A DNA stretch of 64,000 nucleotides, from NCBI GenBank assembly GCA_963924565.1, contig OZ004609.1, forward strand, positions 25,916,001 to 25,980,000. Reading direction: 5' to 3'. Under the pieces are notes generated by a model. It was not told where the DNA came from. It did not search any database and saw only the letters and a list, made by a program, of their open reading frames with translations. This DNA is from Ascidiella aspersa. Lineage: Eukaryota. This document shows, piece after piece, positions 29,101 to 40,100 of this stretch (positions are counted from its first letter, which is position 1; every line of letters begins with the position of its first letter). Made by a program: the position numbers and the translations under genes.

Positions 29101-30934
29101 AGAAAATGGCCTCTCGGCCTAAATCTTAAACTCTTGTCAAGCCTTATACTGTAACTTGCCTCGGATATGTCGCACTTTAATTGCGGTTTTGTTTCCTATC
29201 GATTTTTTGTTTGTTTTTTGCCAACCCTGAAAATGTTTTTTTTTTATTTCAGCAGGAGAAGGCGAAGTAATTGACCGTCAGTCTCCACGAAGCGCCGGCT
29301 CCATTGCCTCGCCCCGACTCTCACACGACAACGCGCGCGAAAGCACGCCACCGCCCACTAGCGGCAGCTCGCCGATTGTAATTTATCCGCAAGCGGCGCC
29401 AACGTTCGACTCGGTGTTCTCCGCTCGCATTGCGGCCGTCCACGCCATCAGTGAGTTTGCGTTTTGCACGCACTATAATATGCAATCTGCAAGCTACTAA
29501 TCATTTTAAATTTACAGCAAACACCAGTAGCTTAACATATTTGATAGTCTAAGTTTAGCCAGTGGTACCCAAACTGCGGGTCTATTTTCAATGGGCCATT
29601 GAGCTATTTTAAAAATATTGTTTTACTAAAATAATTGTTAGCATATCTAAAACGGTTTAGGAACGAGGTCATTTTCCTTATTTTCGACTATATGTGAACT
29701 ATAATATACGTAAAGACAAAATCTCACGACTTATGTTTTTTTATTCGCTTCGTAGTTAGCACGACAGTTTACTTTTAATTCAGTTTGTTGTCATAGAGAT
29801 TTTTAATTTCAATCTAAAAATGAACTAGAATTAAAGGGGATTATTTGGATGTTGTTAGAATCAAGCTGGACTATGTAGGCATAAACTGCAGACAGGCAAT
29901 TTTGCTATATGTATATCAACAAGGTTAATATATCTTATTTGTATGATGGGCTCAAGGCATGCAGAAAAGGTTACGGCACATGGTGGGCCACAAACCGTTT
30001 TATAAAAAGAATTAGGCCACGGAATAAAATAGTCTTGGAACAACTAACATAGTATTTTATAAGATGTAGGCTTTTTCAAACATAGCATTTGAAATAGTGA
30101 TGTTTTGTGGAGTTTTAAATTTTTTTCTGTATAGTTATTACCCAGAAAGTAGTTTATAATATAATTTGTTTTTTTAGATAACCAGAGAGCCTCTCCGCCG
30201 TCGTCCCCCAACGAATTAAACGCTTCGTCCAATGCGAGCAACGTGAATAACAGCAACAACTACGCGTCAGACGAACAGTCGAGCCCCGACTACGGAAGGC
30301 GTCCTATTATGCCTGGTAAGAACTTTTTCCCTAACACTTTACTTAAGCCTAACATTTTACTATACTTTTATGTTTTCAACCCTTAATGGCTGTCCTTTGT
30401 TTGATTCGTTTTATTTTTGCGTATTTGCAGATGGCCGAACTCCAGACCTTGCCATTGACCTTGGAATTCCGAGACAAGAAAGATCTGAACATCTTGGTCT
30501 GCAAGGTAAAAATAACACAGACGTTGTGTTTCAGCTTTTACGAGTTCTATGCAAACAAAACTGTCCTACTTTAATTTCGCAAAGTGTTAAAATCTCTAAC
30601 CGAAGCACTCTTACGGTGAATCTATACATAACTTAGTTTTCCAAAAAGGGTGAACATTAACAGCAGAGAAGGCAAACCTTTGCACCCTTGAAATATTTTT
30701 ACCAAAGTGGATTGAGCGGTTCGCAAAATACAATTAATTTAAAGGGCGATTTTTTTAGTTTGATTTCACCAAAACAGATCTTGTCTTGGTTGGGTTAATT
30801 GGAAAATATAAACTTGATACCAGAATAGGACATGTTTTCGTTTTGATGTAACATTGATCCTTTTGTCTTGTTACGCAGACGCACGCCTCTATTTCAAGAA
30901 CTCGTTGCTCTTTCAACCATCGGCCTCCCAGTAA
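2006..30934 (+). CDS. DACH: Dachshund homolog (SKI/SNO/DAC family transcription cofactor), 5'-partial, 15 coding exons in window
   Basis: join(2006-2112,13926-14025,14386-14470,19003-19106,19553-19720,19999-20109,20852-20928,21895-22067,25143-25385,25923-26006,28932-29030,29253-29450,30178-30315,30431-30505,30879-30934) = 1818 nt, one open frame, all GT-AG. Encodes DD1 end VRILRGLGAIQPGVNRCKLITRKDFEVLYQDCTTASRPGRPPKR, the PFMMMSHP motif, DD2 LLTNIQGLLKVAADNA, and C-terminal DARLYFKNSLLF resembling vertebrate DACH1 GRLYLKTTVMY. Additional alternative exons cannot be excluded. Confidence 0.95.
13926..14025 (+). CDS. DACH: Dach exon
   Basis: cccag|T..AAT|gtgag; (S)RPGRPPKRYPMLPPTADPMSHHANMRNSNVIAN; phase 2 matches previous exon. 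Confidence 0.95.
14386..14470 (+). CDS. DACH: Dach exon
   Basis: ttgcag|AGT..AGAG|gtgac; SLINQNEYSAYHKRMRMDHGMDNSLDRR. Confidence 0.85.
19003..19106 (+). CDS. DACH: Dach exon
   Basis: attcag|CG..CAG|gtat; ASTSPSKDEDKSHPGMSVLPNDVHSNATANLAYFQ; needed to restore phase 1 to 0. Confidence 0.82.
19553..19720 (+). CDS. DACH: Dach exon (conserved PFMMM.HP motif)
   Basis: accag|GCA..CAG|gtaag; ALRHQYQQAAASGLHNGLDSQQINPALAPFMMMSHPTLFASGIPPTSMAMLNHINQ. Confidence 0.92.
19999..20109 (+). CDS. DACH: Dach exon (poly-Ala)
   Basis: ttttag|CTT..CAG|gtgag; LAQSHAAGGAMSSVAAAAAAQLVASGSSFHSNANNSQ. Confidence 0.88.
20698..20747. repeat. Imperfect (CA)n microsatellite
   Basis: acacacaaacacacacgcacacacacacacacacacacacccacccacac. 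Confidence 0.9.
20852..20928 (+). CDS. DACH: Dach exon
   Basis: gagcag|AAC..AG|gtgag; NPAGHLLSARENDKDSDAEDGHVTE. Confidence 0.85.
21895..22067 (+). CDS. DACH: Dach exon
   Basis: ctcag|A..ATGG|gtaag; RCYNNNNTDMSNGMGSDGQASPSSSVGSG...SPKTTPM. Confidence 0.87.
25143..25385 (+). CDS. DACH: Dach exon (start of DD2)
   Basis: cgcag|GC..ATCG|gtgag; ...TAAAAAAAAVALMRP...GMSSMHNLLTNIQGLLKVAADNANLQEKHSSFEI. Confidence 0.92.
25923..26006 (+). CDS. DACH: Dach exon (DD2 coiled coil)
   Basis: atgcag|CC..AAAG|gtaaa; ADLKLKLTQERQLRENAERKAEESERGK. Confidence 0.92.
28605..28705 (+). repeat. Dispersed ~100 bp repeat, copy 1
   Basis: GTGTACTA..ATAC..AAGCC.TAATCGTT...TCAGAAGGGC.AGATCACAGTTGT.AACACACATAT shared with 57433-57532. 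Confidence 0.85.
28932..29030 (+). CDS. DACH: Dach exon (DD2 coiled coil end)
   Basis: tttcag|TC..AACG|gtagg; VEAEGDLQQERKENKRLHAKIISMQRMLGHDVN. Confidence 0.88.
29253..29450 (+). CDS. DACH: Dach exon (tandem CAGCAG acceptor; alternative start 29256)
   Basis: tttcag|CAG..ATCA|gtgag; AGEGEVIDRQSPRSAGSIASPRLSHDNARESTPPP...AVHAI. Confidence 0.85.
29560..30046. mobile_element. Old degenerate hAT-like MITE in Dach intron
   Basis: CAGTGGTACCCAAACT...AGTCTTGGAACAACTA weak TIRs, subterminal GGCCAC motifs, AT-rich interior; no TSD. Confidence 0.4.
30178..30315 (+). CDS. DACH: Dach exon
   Basis: ttttag|AT..CCTG|gtaag; NNQRASPPSSPNELNASSNASNVNNSNNYASDEQSSPDYGRRPIMP. Confidence 0.85.
30431..30505 (+). 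CDS. DACH: Dach exon
   Basis: ttgcag|AT..CAAG|gtaaa; DGRTPDLAIDLGIPRQERSEHLGLQ. Confidence 0.85.
30879..30934 (+). CDS. DACH: Dach last coding exon
   Basis: cgcag|AC..TAA; DARLYFKNSLLFQPSASQ*. Confidence 0.88.
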
Positions 30935-32367
30935 GCGAGGGCGACGCTTTTCGACCCGGGTCTACTTGATTCCGAGCGAATTATTTATTATGTACAAGGC
31001 ACCTAGCCAACCTTGTGGCGCCTTACTGAACGAGGACGCTTACCATTGACTCTCGCATTGATTGTGGCTCCAAGCATCTACAGTGTCGTTTGTATTTGAG
31101 TATGGTTGTAACGACCGCCGTTCGATATTCGAGCGGCATCGAGCATTATCGCTAACTGCCCCGATAAAGTATGACGCCGTACATACCTGTTTCGGCAGGA
31201 ATCCGAATCTAATCACCGAGTATATTTCGTCGCGCACTGAAAGTGTTTCGCTGGTACAGTGTGTGTTTTTTTAAGACTGTGGGCGTTTATACGTCACATT
31301 TTGTTCTGGGAGATAAATTAAACGGTGAACGTCCTCGAAACGCGAATTCCTTGCACGCGGTGTTACATCATCGCGTGACGTTTGTTCGACGTCGTTGTAC
31401 GATTCCGCTGCCGCCGTTTCGACAACCTGTCCCATTATTTGTTACTTTTTCCGTAACCGCGTCTTACCACTAACTTTGCCGAATAAACGCTTGCCAATGT
31501 GTTTTGCGCAGTAATTTGCCCTCGTTCTTTCTCGCGCGCGCGTGTGCGTGTGTGCTGTGTGTTTGTATTTCGTCGTTCGTGCCGCACCATAGTTAATTGG
31601 TGGCCAACTATTTTTTCTATTTTCAACTGTTGTGTGACTTCATCCTGCCCCCTCCCTGAAAGGACCTTAAAGCAGGACAATGACCGGTGATTATCCCCCT
31701 GTGTATACCTGTCGTTTGCGAATACCTCACAAATCGTCATAACTTTCCCAAAGTGGTTGCTTTCCAAGCTGAATACATTTCCATTTTTTTATACCTTTAT
31801 CGCCATATACCAAATTAGAAACTCGAGCAAACACAATAAACTAAAGTTAGGCCTGACTTCTCGAATGAAAACAAAATCAAACAAATATTCGGGCACTTTT
31901 ATTTTTATTAATCTAGTTTCGAAAAACTCTTGCCGGAAATTGCGGCGTCCAAATAACTCGTTTCGACTGTCTGGCGTTTTTCAAACTCACCTCTTTCTTT
32001 CGTCAAGTGTCACGTATTCTCACCCATGGCCAAATTTGTACGACAAACTAAACAAATACGTCTTTATCTATATTTTTACGATGCTCGTTCCACTGCCGCT
32101 GTGCGTAGTAGTTTGAACTCTTCTCAACGATGCGACCGTTGCGTTGTCTTAAAGTCTGTGCTGCTTTTTATGATGTAACTTGTGTGGTGTAGAGCCACGC
32201 CATTACGCCTGACCAATCAAGATTACTGTACATATACCTTGATCCTCTCTTACTATTACCACCACTCCTACTACTACTGGCTGTATATACTTGGTTCAGC
32301 TCTTAGCGTATTTTGCTGTACATTTGTTTGTGACCGTCTTGTACTATGTGATTTGTTTGACCACTTG

Positions 32368-32373
32368 AATAAA
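32368..32373 (+). terminator. Candidate polyadenylation signal ending the Dach 3' UTR
   Basis: AATAAA followed by GT/T-rich sequence (ttttgttgtttagtc) and an abrupt switch to AT-rich intergenic DNA; other AATAAA hexamers at 31482 and ~31835. Confidence 0.5.
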
Positions 32374-33689
32374 GCGAAGAAGCCCTTTTGTTGTTTAGTC
32401 CTTGTATTGCAGCAAATATGTGTGATTACAAGTAGGGTATGGCAAAGGGGAGTTGGATATAATTAACTAGTAACTTGTAGCATTTTAAATAATTTAATTT
32501 AATTTGTAATGATATTCTTCGTACTGTAGTATAATCACTTTTACATTTGTGGGCCAAGGACAGCTATTTTAAACTTTTTTGAAGAAGAAAAATATATGTG
32601 CAAATTTCCAATAAGGCAGCATAAGCCAAAAAGTTAGCGAGTAGGTACTGAACTGTGAACTATTCCATTTTAAAGATAAAATTCATAAAACAAGTAGGCA
32701 TTTATACTATATTTTTATTTCATTTAGAGCGTTTTTAGTTTATTTACTGTGTTGTAACGAATTTAATATTTTATATTAATGTCAGTGACTTAATTTGGAC
32801 TGAACTTTCTAAGACAGTGACATGGATTGTCTAAAACCCAAGTCGTTTTTCTTAAGTTATATATATTTTGACCTGACTTGGACCTAACTATTTCAAAATT
32901 ACTTCTTTACAATAGTGTTAATTTAGATGTTGTCGAAAGGTGCAGTGATTTAATAGCAGATATTGTTTTGTTTACAACTTTGCCGCGCGATGTCAGAAAA
33001 GAGTTAAACATTGTATACATTGTATTGCATTGCTACAACTGGTAGATTGCACGATTGGGTCGATTGGCCGATCACGAATACATTGTCAGGCAAGCAGTGT
33101 GGGGGTAATTATGGATAATAATAATTAGTTAATCAAAATACAAAATATTAGGTCAACAAGCATATTGTATGCCGGTTAAGAAGCTGGACAAATTGCAAAA
33201 AGATAGTTTGAAGAAATAGACAGCCAATAAAAGTATTTGAGGATATTCAATGGCATAGCAAAATCTAAATAGCATTACTGTGCTTGAAATTCACTTGATT
33301 TTGAATTAAATTGCTAAATATGCACAATTATACTATTAAATATGTATACCCAATTTGTAACCTACTCTCCCAATTATTTTTTATATCAAAGAGGCTTTGT
33401 TGTTGTAGTATCACGTGGTTTAAGTACTGAAATCAGCAGTCCCAAGCAAATTGCTCGCATAAGCTCATCGCGTTTTTTTAAGAGGTAGTAATCCTTTATT
33501 TGCTGAACAATAATATGCAAAAAATATAAGGTGAAAAATCTTAACTGATGCCTGAAGAAACTATCACTTTTACCAAGTTGTAGTAAAAAACACCTTAATT
33601 TTCGACAATTTCCATTAAATTCAAGGGCATTATTCCAAAACTTTACACGCAGTATCAAAAGTCGGCGCTAATTTAACCGAAAGGAAGTA

Positions 33690-33950
33690 ATACCGCTCGC
33701 GCTTGGCGCCGAACTTAGAACCTGTGGGCGTCGGCAACCACGTGCGTACGCAAGTGACGGAATCGACTCTTGCGTTTGCGAGAGCGCGTGTGTGTGCGGT
33801 CCGCGGAGCGAGCGCCTGTTTGACAATCAGCACGCTTTGCGTTTGGCTTCGCGTCGTCGGGCAGCCGACTACAATACGTTAGCTAGGTAAGGTAACGAGC
33901 GGCGACCGCGTTGCGAGGCTTACTTGCGTCTTTGTTGATAGCGCGCAATA
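33690..33950 (+). promoter_or_regulatory. CpG-rich promoter / 5' UTR of TMEM131
   Basis: Short CpG-dense island between AT-rich flanks, just upstream of the first coding exon; candidate UTR donor ctag|gtaag at 33887 and acceptor at 33981. Confidence 0.6.
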
Positions 33951-33990
33951 ATAACGTGTGTTTTCGTTTGTCCTTGTTCAGAAGGTAAGC

Positions 33991-34117
33991 ATGGCGATGA
34001 CAAGAAATAGGAAAGATGAAACGAAACGTCAAAATAAAACAAAGTACTGCCGGTGCGTTGTAACTGTGCTGCAAGTCGTCGCATTTTGTCAAAACGTTTC
34101 CAACATAGCCGCACAAG
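33991..34117 (+). CDS. TMEM131: TMEM131 first coding exon (weak signal-peptide-like region)
   Basis: agcATGG context; MAMTRNRKDETKRQNKTKYCRCVVTVLQVVAFCQNVSNIAAQ, CAAG|gtgag; not conserved, supported by phase only. Confidence 0.7.
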
Positions 34118-37100
34118 GTGAGTTCGACAGGGTTGTTAACTATGGCCAATCAACATGCTACAAGTTTACTGGTTAATCTGCAATATTAAAAACTGTGTCA
34201 ACATACCTAATATATATACCAGCTTGTTGTACCAGTTGTTTGACCTTATGTCCTTCATTGTGTTATGAATATTTTGTTGGTGCATTAAACAGCATCTGTT
34301 GTTGTTGTTCTTATGAAATATTTAACTGTTTAAACAACACTACTGAAAACTGACCACCAATATCAAATGATAGTTATAACCTATGATTTTTAAAGATATT
34401 GGATAGGTTATGGGTTGATTTTTGAATTGTTTTCAATTTTATCAAAATTGAAAAAAGCTAATATACATCCATGTTTAACCTACTAATAGGCATCGAGAAC
34501 AATTAAAAAACATATCAATTTATTAAACTGCTACACTTTACATATCCACATATAGATTGAATACTTTATAAATAAGTTTGTCAAACTATGAAATGTGTTC
34601 TTTGTTTATTAGTTAATAAAAGAAAGCCTTCTATTAGTTATTATGCAACTAACAACATTTAAAGTTATTATATATTTATGTATCTATCTTTATAGTAATG
34701 ACTGTTGAACAATGTTGATGTATTAAAACATGCCTTTGTTTTATACACAGAGGTTTTTTAGTAGTCCTATAATAGTAGTTTTATGTGGATGTTGATATTT
34801 TCCTTTTTATTTGTTGTGTGTCTTTAAAATTGCCCAATAACACTTAATGCAAAAGTTTTTTGGTGATTATTACTTGATTGCTTGTATAAACTTAAGAAGT
34901 AAATCGTAATTTTAAATACATTACCTGTAGCTGCAAAGAATGTTTATTAAATAATCGAACTCAAAAACAAATTGCAAAGCAGGTCCCACAATAAAATATG
35001 TTTGACTTACAGTCTATAAACATCTACTGTAAGGTGGATTGCTTATATATAAATGCAATGTAGAGTTGTGATTCAGAAAATATGTATTCAGATTTGTTGA
35101 AGTACAATTATTGAGAACTACAATGAAGTACAATAACACAATTATTAATATTCAAGAAAATTAAATATTCTTATTAATTGTTTGTTTGTCAAAATTTGTA
35201 AACTGTTTTTTAAAGTGTGAGTCTTGTGATGTTATTTCAATATCTATATATTATATTGCCTTTGTTTTTTATGAAATTTTGTCTTTGTCTTGCAGATTAC
35301 TTAAATACAAATGGCCATGATTCAAATGAAGCGCTGTTTGCGAGACAGGTACAAAATAGGCATTAATTTAATTTTGACATGATTCTTAAACTATAATAAT
35401 CTACTCCATGTAAAAGTGAAGCATTTGTCCTGTTTTGTACAATATTTTTTTTTTCAGTGTTGTACTACCTTTTAATGCTTATTCTTTATTTACTTAAATG
35501 TTTACTTGTTTATTACTACAGCTTTTTCTATGCGATAAATGGTAAATTGGGTTTATTTTTATTTATAGACGCAAAAGATTGATGCACAAAATTTACCGTT
35601 TGGTGACATGTAAGTTCATTTAGGCAAAGATCTGTGTATAGGTCAACATAACTCTAACGAGATATTTATGCTTTTGTTTTTCAGAAATGTTTTGTCATTG
35701 TTAGATAGGATAAGGTTCGATCCGCCATTTTTAGACTTTGGTTCACAGTAAGTTTATATTTTACAGATTGTTTTGATATTATAAATATTTATTTAATTTT
35801 TGCTTGATTTCTTTAGACCTGTTGGGGTACCAGTAACCAAACTGGTTTACTTATACAACCCAAGTGAAACGCAACCATTACAGTTGGTTTCAATATCTGC
35901 AAGAACATCACATTTTCATTCTTCATTTTTTGACGAAAAGGTAGATGAGCTATTGATGTTAATGCTTTTAAGATTTAAGAATAAAAATTTAAGATTATAA
36001 TATATACCTATATGATCTGACATGTTGTATGGGTGTTTGCCTTTTTTAAGATAAAGTTTTAGTACCATTTAAAATTAGGTAATTATGTTTTTCTAATTTT
36101 CAATATCTTTCACTTTTTGTTAGTGAAGTTAGAAAGTTTTACAGTCATTTTAATTGATTTTATTTTGAAGTTGGACCAGATTCCCATTTTTTTGCAGACT
36201 GTGTTATCAAAATGCAACACATCATTTGAAGTAGTATTTTTAGCGCGAACAGTTGGAAATGTTGAAAATACGTTATTTATTAACACAGCGATCGGCACAT
36301 TTTCATATCAAGTAAGTCACTAATTCTCTTGCTTGCTCTATACCTTATTATTTGCTTTAGACTTAATATATTAGGTTTCCACTATTTCGGAGCCAAATTT
36401 TCTTGAACAAAGAGCGTCCTTCTCGTGTTACATTGACTGTCCTAATTCTGTGCCGTGACTAATAGTTGCACCTTTAGCACTATTATTTCCTTTCACTTTC
36501 GAAAATTGGTCTTTGTTAATCTTTAGTTATAATGTTAAATTGCAACTCAGTGTGGAAATGTTGTTTAAGTTGCAACTTAGTGTGGAAATCTTGTTTATCA
36601 ACCATTGCTCTTTCTTAGGTAAAATATTGAATGCTGTTCACTTTTTTAGGTGTTTGGAATTGGGACGCCCAACCCATATCGGTTACGACCCTATTTGGGT
36701 GCGAAAGTGTCTCTCAATAGCTCATTTTCACCTTTAATAAGCATGCACAATCCGACAGGGACGTCACTACAGGTTTGTTGGAAATTCGATTACCTTTTTT
36801 TTAGAAAATTTCTGATGAATTAAAATATTTATGCATAATAAATCAACTTGATTTCTTTTAGCATGGCTTTTTAAGTTAGAAGAGAAGCAATGCAATAAAT
36901 ACATTCATATATGGTACATTTGTTTACTATGTAGCGTTATGTTATGATTTCTTTCCAGATCACAGAGATTTACACTTCAAGTGGCTATCTCCACTTACAA
37001 CTGCCCACAGGGCAGCACGAGGCTACAAAAAAAGCTTGGGTAAGAGCTGCAATTAAGATTTTGTTGAGATTTTCTGACCATTTACAGTGTAGCAAAAAAT

Positions 37101-40100
37101 GTTAATGCCACAGATTCTGAAGCACTTTTCGAGAGCAATCCAATTTTGAACTAAATTTACTTCCACCAGCAATGTTTTTGTATTGCATCATGAATGCAAT
37201 TTTAGAAATACTAATAATTTGGTTTAACCACAAATAATGAACCTAATTAGGTGCAAGAATACAACTTCAAGTTCAAAGCTAATTCCAACCCTAATTCGAA
37301 CCAAAAAGCTCAGTGTGGCCCATCTTTTAAACAAATTTGGTGCAGCCTTGTGTATGAGCTTGCACCTGAAATGTTTCCTTGGTTTGAAGGTTTAAAATTC
37401 TTGTAGATTACCATGATTGCAAGCATTCACGCATTGGTATGCGCTGCAATTAGCCTAGCAAAACAATGCCAGGGGCGCACCTGATCATAGTGACCAGTTG
37501 CTTCGCTCACGCTTTCCCAATCTCGCTTAATCTATTGATGAATGCCGCTGTACGGGCATGGCGCTTTTCCTGGAAATGTTGTTGTGCTTGGTTGACGAAT
37601 GGAAGCGCTTTAAATCAGTTTTGTGGAGGATTTGGTTTTGACACATTCATGCCCAGTTTTAAGTGTGGTTGAAATTAGCTCGCCCTTGAAATTAGCTCGC
37701 CCTTCTAGGTATGGCAAAAAAAAAATAGTCAAACTAAACCACCAAAAAAACGATAATACATTATAATTATTAAGATTGTTTTAGTTCAAAGAAGGATTTG
37801 TTAAAGTAGATTGTACGGTTGTTCAGTCCTATCTGATTTGCCAAGAGACACGCGTGTGCCATTCTAGAATGGACCTCTTTCAATGGACCTCTTTGGCCAA
37901 GTTCTCATGCTTATATTTGTTGAGATGGGCTCTGGCCAAGATTTATTCAAAACTTATGAAAATTGGTATTTAGGTTATACAAAGACACGGTTCCTATTCA
38001 TTTAATTCGAACTTAATGTTAATGCTTAAGTCTAAAGTTCAGTGGAGAGAATTGGTTCGGCTGCTGAAGCCTAAACTTGTTAAACATTACCCTGTAATTT
38101 AATTTGTCAAAATAATTGCCACTGTGACGATATAGTACCTTTTATTTGGTCGGGATAATTACGTGCTATGTTCACAACCACTTTTTATTACATCCTAAAT
38201 ATTTTGTCTATTCCTTTTAAATGTGTATTGCAAGTATATTAATAACACTTGTTTTAAACTATTCGAGTCAGGAAAAAATACGTGTGTGGCTTTCAGAACC
38301 CATTCAAATACTACCACCATTAGCTTTTAAACGAAGTGCAGACATTTTAGTGTTTAGACGCCAACGACATTTTAGTGTTTAGACTCAACGAAAAAGGAGT
38401 AGTCTTTGATAGACCGCCGCACAGGCATTACATATTTTTTATAGGTATCGGCTCCGTGTATTACCGACCTTGTTGTGGTTAACTTCTTCTGCAATATTAA
38501 AATTTATTGCTCCCATTCCCTTCTTGAGCAGTTTGCATTAAAATTACAATGGGTATCTAAGGAATTAATAGATCGATTTGCATGGTCTCTCACAAATCTG
38601 GAGGAATGATTTTAATTTCCTGTTTTCCTTATATTTAATTTTTAGTAATAATTACTATTTTAGTTAAACTACCCTTCAGGATAGCGGTAGCGCAAGTCAT
38701 TAGTTGACTTTCTGTAATCAGGAGGACGATAAGTGCAATCTAACAAATAAGATAAAATTAATATGAATTAAAGTGTGTTTTGAATTTAAAGATCATTGTT
38801 TCACGGATTAGTTTTCATGTCGGCGTACCACTATGGCGTTTAAGCCGCCTACGGCACCCGTTTTTGTCGGACAGTGTTTTATAAATATTGTAACATGCTT
38901 ACCCCATTGCAGTTTCCCAAAATTGTTTTTCAATATTTCACGGAAAACTAACTTTTGGCAGCGACAATTTCAAGACCTCTGTGATTACCAAAACACCTAG
39001 TTTTCCGCATCACCTAAGTGCCAAAATTGTTTCCAGATCTAAAAATGCGAAAATTGTTTCCAGATCCATGATAGATCTTACTCCTTTTTTGTATTTGGTT
39101 TGCTTGTGGCGCGTTTTATGACATGTCTGGTGGCTCGCCAACAAAACGCAAGAAATACAACTCAACTCTCCTCTCCTCATTTTGTTTGCAGGAGATCCCG
39201 CCCTACGAGACAAAACTGCTGATGCGCGCCAGCTTTCTAGGCCAGGTGGCCGACAACCACACTGCGTACATTCGCATTCGAACCAATCACACCGACGCCA
39301 CTCAGTACTTGATACTGCCCGTGGAGGTCGAGGTTTCGTCAAGTGGGTTTCCTATGCTCTTAATAGTCATTTTATGCCAAATTTTGGGTAATAGGGGTAC
39401 GCGAAAACCGATTCCACGCGCTCTATGCTTAATTCATTTAAACTGATAGACTCTCCTGCGTTTATCATTCGTGGAATCTCTTCAATCCGACTCTGTAATA
39501 CCCTCAAGTATACCGGGTCATACTTACCCGTGTATTTTTTTGTGTAGTTTTCAGCATTGCGTATCACTTACTAAGCAGATCACCATTGGAAACGACCCGG
39601 CGTAGGCCGATCGATTAAACTATTTTTGTTGCGCAAGCGCGATTACCCCAATGTGGATTTGTTTTTGAATGTTCAAAGATGCTTTAATATTTGTTGCCAA
39701 ATGCCCTTGCTTTGCTGCATTTGTATTATCGAAATATTTGAAGCTATAGCGTTACTTTTTCACACAAGCTTTAAGCACAAAACACAAATTACGAGCTAAA
39801 TCCGAAAGCCCCGTCAAAACTTAAATCCCCCCGAAAATCCTTCCGTTTTTTCTGCAGCGCCTGGGATTTACTCGTCGCTCGATGTACTCGACTTCGGAAC
39901 GCTTCGAACCAAAGGTAAGCCTTTGTCGCCTGAACTAATTCGCAATTAAGGGCCGGCTCTATGCTGTGCAGCCGGCGCAATGAACATCTCCAACTGCGGT
40001 TTGCCCTCCGGTTGGCGGCTTTACGACTGAATAATGCAACAGTCGCTTGCGGTCCGCTGGCCCCGGAAAGCGGCTAAGGGCAGTTCCTCACCGTTTTATC

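Noticed and set aside
38679-38741. tRNA-like sequence (GCGGTAGCGCAAG...CTGTAATCAGGAGGACG...GTGCAATC); similar A-box-like start at ~48690
   Set aside because: No intact cloverleaf or B box; at best decayed tRNA-derived SINE heads, not tRNA genes.
36538-39068. Short direct duplications (30 bp at ~36540, 17 bp at ~37669, 25 bp at ~38341, ~28 bp at ~39022) as a CRISPR-like or functional array
   Set aside because: Unrelated two-copy slippage duplications with no repeat-spacer structure, in a eukaryotic intron.
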